Shown here one piece after another: positions 53,770 through 64,000 of a stretch of DNA of 64,000 bases. The notes under the pieces were generated by a model. The model saw only the letters and a list, made by a program, of their open reading frames with translations. It was not told the DNA's origin and ran no database searches. A program made the position numbers and the translations under genes. Position 1 is the first letter of the stretch; every line of letters begins with the position of its first letter. Source of the DNA: Octopus vulgaris (lineage: Eukaryota); NCBI GenBank assembly GCA_951406725.2, contig OX597818.1, forward strand, positions 98,952,001-99,016,000. The letters run 5' to 3'.

Positions 53770-54450
53770 ATCATCATCATTTAATGTCCGTTGTCCATGC
53801 TGGCATGGGTTGGATGGTTTGACCAGGGCTAGTAAACTGGAAGGCTGCACCAGACTCCAGGCTGATTTAGCATGGTTTTCTAAAGCCGGATGCTCTACCT
53901 AACACCAACCACTCTGAGAGTGTTATGGGTGCTTTTATGTGTCACCGACACTGGTGCCATTTTTGTGACACCAATATCTGCAATGACTGTAATTTTGCTT
54001 GGTTTGATGGGTCTTCTTGAGCATGACATAATGCCAAAGGTCTCAGTCATTGCCTCCGTGAGGCCCAACACTCAAAAGTAACTCAGTTGCTTTGCCTCTG
54101 TGAGGCCAAACACTTGAAAGGAACTCAGCCACTTTTCCTCCGTGAGGCCCAATGCTCAAAAAGTGCTCTTTACGTGCCAGTTACATGACACCAGCATCAG
54201 CCATGACTATGATTTCACTTGGCTGCATACTGCCAAAGGTCTTAGTCACTAGTCAGTGAGGCTCAAAGTTTGAAGATCATGCTTCACCATCTCGTCCCAT
54301 GTCTTCTTGAGTCTACCTCTACCACAGGTTCCCTCCACAGTTAGAGATCAGCATGTCTTTACATTTGGCAGACTCTCCTCCTCCCATTCATTATCCACAT
54401 TCATCAGTCTTTATTAATGGCATTTCCAAGCCTCTTTCTTTGCATAATCA
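53770..54450 (-). mobile_element. RTE LINE 3' end with three internal ~40-45-bp tandem repeats
   Basis: catcatcatttaatgtccgttgtccatgctggcatgggttgga tail; gcctccgtgaggcccaacactc-like unit x3 at 54052-54160; the upstream part resembles the RGRP.KTW.E.V RT end. Confidence 0.65.
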
Positions 54451-54479
54451 TTAAAAAATATATATATATATATATATTT

Positions 54480-55576
54480 TAGAGATAGAATCATCTCTAT
54501 ATATAGGGCACGTCAAAGTGCTCAGTGTATCTGAGCCATAGAAAAATAGGAGGAATAATGAAGAGAGACAAAAGATAGTTTACCAAAATATATTCTATAG
54601 TGAAATCATTATATGCACCAAATCATGTGCTAAAATATATATAGATATATAAACATACTCAAAATATATTAAAAATACACTAAAAATATATAGGTATAAA
54701 TATATATAAATATGTTAAGAATATATTAAGAATGTACAAAGATATAGGTCTTACTTTTTAAAAACAGTGTTAAAATATTGTAAATCCATAAGGTTTATAA
54801 TTCACTTAGTATCTGAGTGTAGAAAATATAATAAATCCATATAGAAGTTTATATCTGACTGCCATTTCTGGGGGCAGAGTGATGCAAAGATGAACCTAAA
54901 TTCTGTTCAATACCACTGCCTCCTTCATCAAAGAAGATCCAACTGGTAAGATTACATTTGTTATGAGCTATGGTAAAATCTGTTGCTGATAACCTTTATA
55001 AAGAGCTACATTTATTACTCTGGTAGATGATTTTAAGCAAATTATAACCCTTATGGATTTACATTTTAAATATTTTTATATATTTAATACCGTTTTTAAA
55101 AAGTAAATAAGACTATATTTTTGTACATTCTTAATATATTCTTAACATATTTATATATCTATATCTCTTTAATGTATCTTTAACATATTTTGAGTATGTT
55201 TATATATCTATATATTTTTGGCACATGGTTTGGTGCATATGATTTCAAAACATAATATATTTTGGTAACCTATCTTTTGTCTCCCTGCATAAACTTACAA
55301 GGAAATTAATTATTTTACTGTTCTATTATATTTTTAACCTGATGAGCGACTATATTTATATGCAAGTGATTTCTCTACTACTATAATCATTTCTTAAATA
55401 TAGCAGCGAAACACGTCGTTTTTCTACCTATTATATACATTATATTATTTTTGTAATTTACTTAATCTTTACTTTTTAATTATTTTCATTTTAACTTTTC
55501 TATATGTAATTTTCTAGATGGTGTAATTTAATTATTCATTTTGAATTGATAAAAGGTGGTTTTCTTTCTAATATTT
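54480..55576. mobile_element. Fold-back Penelope-like element with inverted pLTR arms between (TA)n tracts
   Basis: Arms about 54565-54802 and 55040-55283. Both inner arm ends read ...PYGF (PLE ORF-end-like), and the plus arm continues into a hammerhead motif. Confidence 0.7.
55336..55420 (+). ncRNA. Minimal type I hammerhead ribozyme motif
   Basis: AAC CTGATGA (55339-55345) GCGACTATATTTA...TAAATATAGCAGC GAAAC (55408-55412) AC GTC (55415-55417) GTT. Intact core, stem I AAC/GTT, long stem II, GUC cleavage triplet. Confidence 0.7.
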
Positions 55577-55628
<52 letters not shown>

Positions 55629-56089
55629 TATAAAAAACACACACACATGAGTGTTTATGGTATGTATATATAGATAAATATACACACACATTATAATCTA
55701 AGCATATATATATACACACCCACACAAGCACATATGCATATTAATTTAGCCGATAATATGACACAGTCTTATCTATGAACCAATACACTATATTACTTAT
55801 ATAGATGAAGCAACATACCAAGAACTTAGTCAAGAAGTTATGAAATTCTTGAAATAATATGGATATTCCAAATTAAAATGTTTGCTGATTTGTTGAAGCA
55901 TTTCAATATACCATTGCATGATCATAAATGCAGTGTTTACATAAATGTTTGAGCTAAGTTCTGCATTACTTGAAACAAATTCTTTGTGCAGGTAGCTCAA
56001 ACATGTGTCATGCACAACATAAATTTGATAAATATTATCTTTTACCTCTGCCATTTCAACTGTAGTTCATGTTATATCTATCTAGTTAG

Positions 56090-56129
<40 letters not shown>

Positions 56130-56190
56130 CCACTGTAAAAATCTTTTGTAATATCAGAATCATTCTATTGAAAAATGTGTGTGTGTGCGT

Positions 56191-56221
<31 letters not shown>

Positions 56222-57750
56222 AGTGAGAGATTAACAGATAAGCACTTCACCCTTAACCATAGATATAGGCATAAGATTAATTTTATACTTAGTTGTACTG
56301 CTAATTTGGAGCAAACAACTTATCAGTACATTATTAGGTGCAATGTAACAAAATACATCTGATTATTGAAAAGAGTAAATGGCGGTATTTAGTATTGTGT
56401 AAAGTTACAAAGAAATGCAAACCTTACAAGAATGCTAGATGAAATTGTGGCCTATGCACTGTGGAAACAAGGCTGATCCTCAGGAAGTCTCATATCCAAA
56501 ATAGTATATGTGTATGCCAAATGAGAGATATCAAGCCACTCTATGCACAAAAGAAAAAATATTTTTCATATAACACACCTCCACTAAATCTGCCATAGAT
56601 TTTGCCAGGGTTTACCTAGGTGAACCCTTCCAAAATAAAAATATTTTATTGAATACCACTTAATTCACTCTACTTTCTTTAATCCTATATTTTATTCTTC
56701 TTTTAAAATTTCTTCTTTCCTTCTTTTTCTCATTCTCAATTTGCTTTGATATTTCCTGTATTTCATACTTTCTATTTATTTCTTGTTTTCTTTCTTTTGG
56801 TGTTATTTCTTTGTTGTCTATTTGACACCTTTTGTAAATAAACTGTTATTTCTTATACAAAAAAAAAACAAGGACCCAGAGAGACTCATCCTTTGAGAAA
56901 TTCTGAAAGTGCTCTCCTTTAAACTAAAATGACATATAGTTAAAAAAAAAACCTTTCCAGAATGTTGAAGTAAACAAGAGCTTTCTGTATTAGCTGTAAC
57001 AATCCTAATTCTGAATCAGAGATGCTACTGGAATATCTTGAAGGAAGTTGCACTTATTTCTTAGCTGATTTAAACATTAGAGACATCCTAAAATGCTTAT
57101 TTGACTGTGTGATACAGTGTTTGCTTTGTAACCACATGGTTTAGGGTCCTATCTCACAGCATAGCCACTTGGACTAGTGTCATGCCTGACCAATGACTTG
57201 TGAGTGAAACTGGCAGGCATAAACTGTGTAGAAATCTGTCAGTACATATGTGTGTGGATTTGTGAATGCTTACATTCTCAGCATTTTCACAGAATACTAT
57301 CTGAGCAAAATAGTGATGGTGTGTCTTTCACCTTGTGTAAACAATACTGATGGAATATAAAAAATCCCTTATTTGAAAAACTGACAGAGATTGGGAATAG
57401 GAAGAGTATCTAACAGTAAAATACTGTCTCTATAAGTTTTCGTCCAACCCACGCCAGCATGATAAAGCATGTGAAATGCATGAATATATATCATGAGTAA
57501 GATGCCCTATGAAGAACTCACTCATTTCATGAGTCCAGTATATAATCACTCAGTGTATTCAGACCTTCAAGGAACAAACTCACAATCTACCACTGAGATT
57601 TTAATCTATTAACTAAACCCATGAAATAAATGAGTGTTCTGTGGGACTACTTGCTGATAATAAACTGTAGATAATTATGTACAGAGTTCTTATTCAAACT
57701 ATGACCTTCACACACACACACATACATCTACTAAAATATTCACACACATG

Positions 57751-57782
<32 letters not shown>

Positions 57783-57784
57783 TG

Positions 57785-57839
<55 letters not shown>

Positions 57840-58571
57840 CTCATTTAAAATAAATAGAAAATTGAAGAGCTAATATGATGAACAGTTATAATAAAATGTT
57901 TGAAAGCTAGCTCCTGGTGAGACAAGCAATATGGATTTCTAAGTTTAACCACGTGACTTGATTAATAACATTTATTGTTTCCTCACCTTTAATAAATATG
58001 ACATTTGATTATGCAAGAAACAGATTTTTTAAAATTTAGTTTTCACTAGGGTCTGGGACAATACTTTTGAGTAAAATTAATAATTAACTGAAGAATCCCC
58101 AGTGCATTATTGATGCAGAAAAACTAAAAGGTAAAATCAGTCTGAGCAAAATTTAACTTCAAATAGAGAGGAGCAAACCTAAATACAATAACTGACGTAG
58201 TCCAATGCTCTATCATTTCCAATGTTGTCAACATATAGTTATGTACTTAATGTATCCAGCAAATGTATGCAGACTGCTCATGAAGCAAGATTAGTTATAG
58301 TAACTGCTACATATTACATGGTTTATTTTTAGATTGCTTTCAATTCCTCAAATCTGCATATTAGTATAAATGTGGCAAGCACTAAAAGAGACATTTATTA
58401 GATTCACTACATAGATTAAAAAGGACAAGAAATAGAAATAGAATAGCACTCATGCTGAAGTGCATCACTTTTAGCAATACACTCTTCTTAATGTTCCTAA
58501 GCCAAGTCTTTAAAAAATAATTACTGAATGTGCACTTAACAGAAGAAACATTATTATTATTAGTAGTACTA

Positions 58572-58632
<61 letters not shown>

Positions 58633-58644
58633 TATTATTATTAT

Positions 58645-58676
<32 letters not shown>

Positions 58677-58680
58677 ATGA

Positions 58681-58885
58681 AGGTGATGAGCTGGCAGAAT
58701 CGTTAGCACGCCAAGCAAAATGCTTAGCAGTATTTCACCTGTCACTACATATGGAGTTCAAATTCTGCTTAGGTTGACTTTGCTTTTCACCCTTTCAGGG
58801 TTGATAAATTAAGTACCAGTTGCATACTGGAGTTGATCTAATTGACTTGCCCGCTCCCACCAAATTGTGCCTATAGTACAAAGGA
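58681..58885 (+). mobile_element. Family-B SINE inserted in (AGT)/(ATT) microsatellite
   Basis: ggtgatgagctggcagaatcgttagcacgcc...gagttcaaattctgc...gataaattaagtaccagtt...aggattatt. Confidence 0.8.
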
Positions 58886-58902
58886 TTATTATTATTATTA
58901 TC

Positions 58903-58939
<37 letters not shown>

Positions 58940-61132
58940 ATTGTTGTTATTTAGGAAAATGATAAAAAACCATTGATGTAATACACATCATTTTCTTGTG
59001 CTCATATCTGTCCTAATTTCATTTCAAAATTTAAACCATTTATGATCGATAAAATAAATAAAAATAACACATTAGTACCAAGTCAATTAAATATAAGCCA
59101 TCTCGTACATATGATGACCATGACAAAATACATTTTAAGTTTTAGATATCTGGCAATTCTCACACCTATACATAGTAGCAAGCTGGAAAACTCAACAAAA
59201 GGAACAACTGACCTAACTTAATATAGGATTGATGAATTTAGAATTCAGACCTACTTATTAAATTTATATAATCTAATTTTTTCACATGTGCCTGCATCTA
59301 ATCTTATAAATACAAAATGTTCTTTTAATATCAGAAAACTTTATTGTCTAATTAATGTATTTGTTTAATCATGGGCTCAAAGGAAATAGGATGCTGTTGC
59401 TTAGCTCCATATCAGATGTGATAGATTGAACTTAGGATAATGTGTTCCAGTAATGAGCATACTACATTTTTGTATATTAGAATTATAATACTTGGTATAT
59501 GCTTTCTGATATTAGGGAGAGAAAAAGCAAGAACTGGTTGCTATTTCCAGCAGAATAAGTGACCACATGAAAGCTCTCTTGAACTTTGTGACCAGCCAAT
59601 ATACACTGATGTCAGCACCATTTGTTAGGCAGCAATATTTTAGAACACTTCACCTCACACCCAACATTTTCTATTTTATTCATTCAGGGAATTAGTGTAA
59701 AAGACAGTGTGAGGTATATAATACTAAGGGAGGTGTGATAAACGGCATGAATAAGTCAGGAAATTACATATATAAACTTACATCGGTAATATAATAAGGA
59801 TATAGAATATGAAGTACTTTACTCAATAATAACCAAGTTTAATAATTCACTAAATGTTAATAATTCTTCATTTTAATACATTGAAATTAAAAATATTCTT
59901 TAAAGGGACATTCTCATAGTTTTAATCTTTTAAACTTCATACAATTTCCACTGCTGTCGTTAATATGAAATAAAATTCATAAACAACTGTACCCCAGTGA
60001 ATTTTAAGTGAACTGTGATACTAAACCAGTTTGGATCCCTGATTTCTGCATTATGTTGCTAATGAACCATAAAAGTTACAAAGACAAAATTCTCCCATTT
60101 TCTCTATGTCTGTAAATCTGAGGTCATTTACCTAGACAATTACAGGGTAGAAGTCAATTCTCAATGAATCAAGTCAAACATCCAGTTTCAGAATATGCTC
60201 AGATAACTTTACTCATTTTAAGAAAAGAAAGAGCATCATATAATCCCAACCTATTACAAAATTGAGGCCTTGCATAAATGTTAAAAATAGCAATGGTTAT
60301 TATTAGATTTTTTTTCAGTACAATTTTCAAAAATTTTTTTAATTCAATTTTTTTTTTTATTAAATATGCAGTTATAAATATTATTTGATTGGGTTATAAA
60401 TCTTGGTTTGGATTAATGAATTTGTGCAGAGGCAAAAATAGGTGATTTAGTGCACTCCCGGATCAAGTATTGTGATTTCATAAACCACTATAATAATTTT
60501 AATTGCCTCTAATAACAAAATGTGCATTGTCTTCACTTATTTCACTCAAGTGTCCAATAAAAAGAGAAATATACTCCCATATGCCAAATCTACGAAACAC
60601 ATGGCATGTAAAGTGATATAAAAGTTGTACTATTGCAATAGACTCTATTATTACTAATAAAAAAAAGAGTAGTAGTAGTAATTGATTGTGTGGTAATAAT
60701 AAAAGTTGTTGATTAGAAAACATAATTTTAAAAATAAAAAAGGGAAAAAATTTCAAAATTAATAAATTAAAATAAGACAAAAAAATTGATAAACCTCATA
60801 GCATGAAAAAAAAAGAAAGAAAACACTAGCAGACAAGTGACAACGACAGATTAATAATTGAAGGAACGGGGGTCAAAATAGGAATAGGGTACAGTCAGAC
60901 CAACAGACATCGAGACGAGAATAACATGAAGAAAAGGTTAAGTACCAACAAACACCAAGGTAACATTGGAGGAGGTACCTGGAAAGAACCATTTAGAGTG
61001 TGGTCAGTTAAGGACAAAGAAACCAAATCACCACAGTTACTGTGACTTTTTTGTTATACATATTTTTTTTCCACATTTTTTCTTTAATTTTTTTTTTTGC
61101 TTTCTGTTTTTAGTATTCAGAAAATAAAAAGG

Positions 61133-61238
<106 letters not shown>

Positions 61239-61496
61239 GAGGGGGAAAAAATAACAAAACAAAGGCTAATATATTTTGGTATTTTTTACATTACACTGGC
61301 CTAAAGTAACCAAAAAGGCAAAATAAGTTATTTTATGAATATATTAGAGCTTTTACATTCCTATTTAAATATTCTGTTTTTCCCCTGAAAATTATTACAA
61401 AGAAAAATTTTGTATGATAATATATTCAATTTTCAAAAATCATATGTATATATATATATATATGCATGCTTTCATACATGCATGTATGCATACATA

Positions 61497-61789
61497 TATG
61501 TATTTGTGTATGTATGTAAATATACATGCACACATACAAATATACAGATATATATACATATATATATACATATGCATATTTGTGTATGTATGTATGTAAA
61601 CATACAGGCACACATGCAAATATACAGATATATATATATATATATATATATACATATGCATATTTGTGTATGTATGTATGTAAACATACATGCACACATG
61701 CAAATATACAGATATATATATATATATATATACATATGCATATTTGTGTATGTATGTATGTAAACATACATGCACACATGCAAATATAC

Positions 61790-61800
<11 letters not shown>
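61497..61800. repeat. Higher-order compound microsatellite (~70-83-bp unit x4)
   Basis: Unit catatgcatatttgtgtatgtatgtatgtaaacatacatgcacacatgcaaatatacagata(ta)n. Confidence 0.85.
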
Positions 61801-61850
<50 letters not shown>

Positions 61851-61912
61851 TATATATATAATATCCAACCCATGCTAGCATGGAAAGCGGACGTTAAACG
61901 ATGATGATGATG

Positions 61913-62049
<137 letters not shown>

Positions 62050-62113
62050 TGATCTTTTCCCTGACTTATGGTATCTTAGATGATTCATGTATATATGTAT
62101 GTATATATATATA

Positions 62114-62170
<57 letters not shown>

Positions 62171-63060
62171 AGGCTTATCTGTGTGTATATATGCATATAT
62201 ATATACAAATGCATACGCATACATAGACACAGAGCATATTCCCATACAAAATAGGGAGATAATATATATTTTACACATACCTATTATATTTCCTACATAT
62301 AATAAAGAATTTTTTTTTTTATTGTGCCTATGTTGTGTAAATATCATTTGAATATATAAAATCTAGTATTTATATGCAATATCACAGTCTGAAACCAACC
62401 TAGACAAGGAGCTACACATATTACTTTAAATGTGCTTGAACATGGTGTTTTTTAAATGCTATTATCAATAATATATTCTTTTATTCCTTAAATGGTTTCA
62501 TTCATGGATCAATTGCAAAGCAAGGGCTTCTGAAAGGATTTCAACATGATATACCTTTTAATTTGATAAATGAAAACTATGTATTTTCCCAGTGTAAAAT
62601 AAACATTGGTTACAATAAAGGTTTGTCTCAGAGAAACAGCCCTTTGGTCTAACCACTTTGATTATTTTAAACACCAGGTTAAATAGTGTATCAACAAAAA
62701 AGAAAAATCTAATTGCTGCACTATTTATTTCAATTATGTATATACATACAATCGTAAGTATACATATACTTATGTGTGTGTGAACATGTATCAATATCTA
62801 CACACACACACACACATTTATATAAGAATTTGTGTGTGTCTATTAAACATTTTTTAGACAAATACTTTGATTTCAGCCTACAGCTACAATATTTGAAACA
62901 AGATTTTCTTAAATCAAAAATTATTACTTCTTTCAATAAGGCCCTTTGTTAATCTAATTTTTCATAGACTTAATCATTTTTAATTAAGCAAAATCGTGTT
63001 TTCAGATACACTACATGTATATATATTGTGTGTGTGTGTGTGTAAATATATATATATACA

Positions 63061-63618
63061 GGACTCACTTGTCCGGCAGGACAAGTGAGTCCATAACCCG
63101 TGGCCTTCTACATGGGATGGAGCCAGCCTACGTATGCATACCTTCCCTTCTTGGGACACAAAACTCTACTTGTGAAGACCTGTTGAGGCAAGTGAGGATC
63201 AGAATCGAAATCGATCAATGGAAATTGCAGATGTGTTACCAGTGCCGGTGGCATGTAAGAGAACCATCCGTTTGCGACCGTTGCCAGCACCGCCCCGACT
63301 GGCCTCGTGCTGGTGGCACATAAAAAGCACCATCCGTTCGTGTCCGTTGCCAGCCTCACCTGGCCCCCGTGCCGGTGGCACATAAAAAGCACCATCCGTT
63401 CGTGGCCGTTTGCCAGCTCTGTCTGGCACATGTGCGGGTGGCACGTAAAAAGCACCCACTACACTCACGGAGTGGTTGGCGTTAGGAAGGGCATCCAGCC
63501 GTAGAAACACTGCCAGATCTGACTGGGCCTGATGAAGCCTTCTGGCTTCACAGACCCCAGTTGAACCGTCCAACCCATGCTAGCATGGAAAACGGACGCT
63601 AAACGATGATGATGATGA
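63061..63618 (+). mobile_element. RTE-related element with a 5' perfect hairpin, four 62-65-bp internal repeats and a (GAT)n tail
   Basis: GC-rich and little decayed. Repeats start at 63242, 63307, 63369 and 63432; tail tccaacccatgctagcatggaaaacggacgctaaac(gat)n. Confidence 0.75.
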
Positions 63619-64000
63619 TATACACACACACACACACACATATACTGCTTAGCAAATGTGATTCTCCTAGTTGTGGTTTAATTGCAGGACAACTTTGAGT
63701 AAAGGCTTTCCCTCTTTGATGACTTAATGTACAGTGTGTTGGATTACATTATTGAATATATTCTGGAGATTATCAATAAATTTTAGAACTTGATCAATCA
63801 TCCACAAATCCTTCCTTGCTCATAACCCAGTTATCATCAGCACAGCAGTTAGCAAAACTGAAGGAGTATTGGTCTTTCAGTATTTAATTGTATGCTTTTC
63901 TTATTAGGTCAACTTTGTTTTCTTATACTTCTCAGTGTAATGAAATAGATACCATTCAAGAACTGGAATCAATTATTTGATAATATTTCTTCCCTAAAAT

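Noticed and set aside
63242-63456. CRISPR-like pattern: ~25-nt repeat GTGCYGGTGGCACRTAAAAAGCACC with ~37-40-nt spacers
   Set aside because: The spacers are homologous to each other, the context is a eukaryotic retroelement and no cas genes are present. It is a tandem repeat.

Overview
AT-rich, microsatellite-dense eukaryotic DNA. The SINE/LINE repertoire and composition point to an octopus (coleoid cephalopod) genome; this is an inference. The whole window appears to lie inside one large minus-strand gene for an Ig/FN3 neural adhesion molecule of the Turtle/IGSF9 family. Only two well-supported coding exons are visible: an 81-nt linker exon (23418-23498) and a 285-nt FN3 exon (21368-21652). 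The flanking introns are >40 kb and >21 kb, and the Ig, first FN3 and transmembrane exons appear to lie outside the window. The introns hold tRNA-derived SINEs, RTE, CR1/L2 and R4/Dong LINE fragments, piggyBac-type MITEs and a Tc1/mariner remnant. The two most interesting layers are as follows. (1) Penelope-like retroelements next to (TA)n tracts, three of which form long fold-back palindromes; they carry minimal type I hammerhead ribozyme motifs with unusually long (54-62 nt) stem II inserts. (2) Hidden splicing architecture: a strong 3-nt/24-nt microexon candidate, a recursive-splice-site candidate, an intronic sequence complementary to the FN3 exon acceptor, possible secreted or GPI-type terminal exons, and a series of frame-preserving phase-1 microexon candidates. 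All splicing candidates were picked by eye and need RNA-seq. Most ORFs in the supplied track are microsatellite artefacts.
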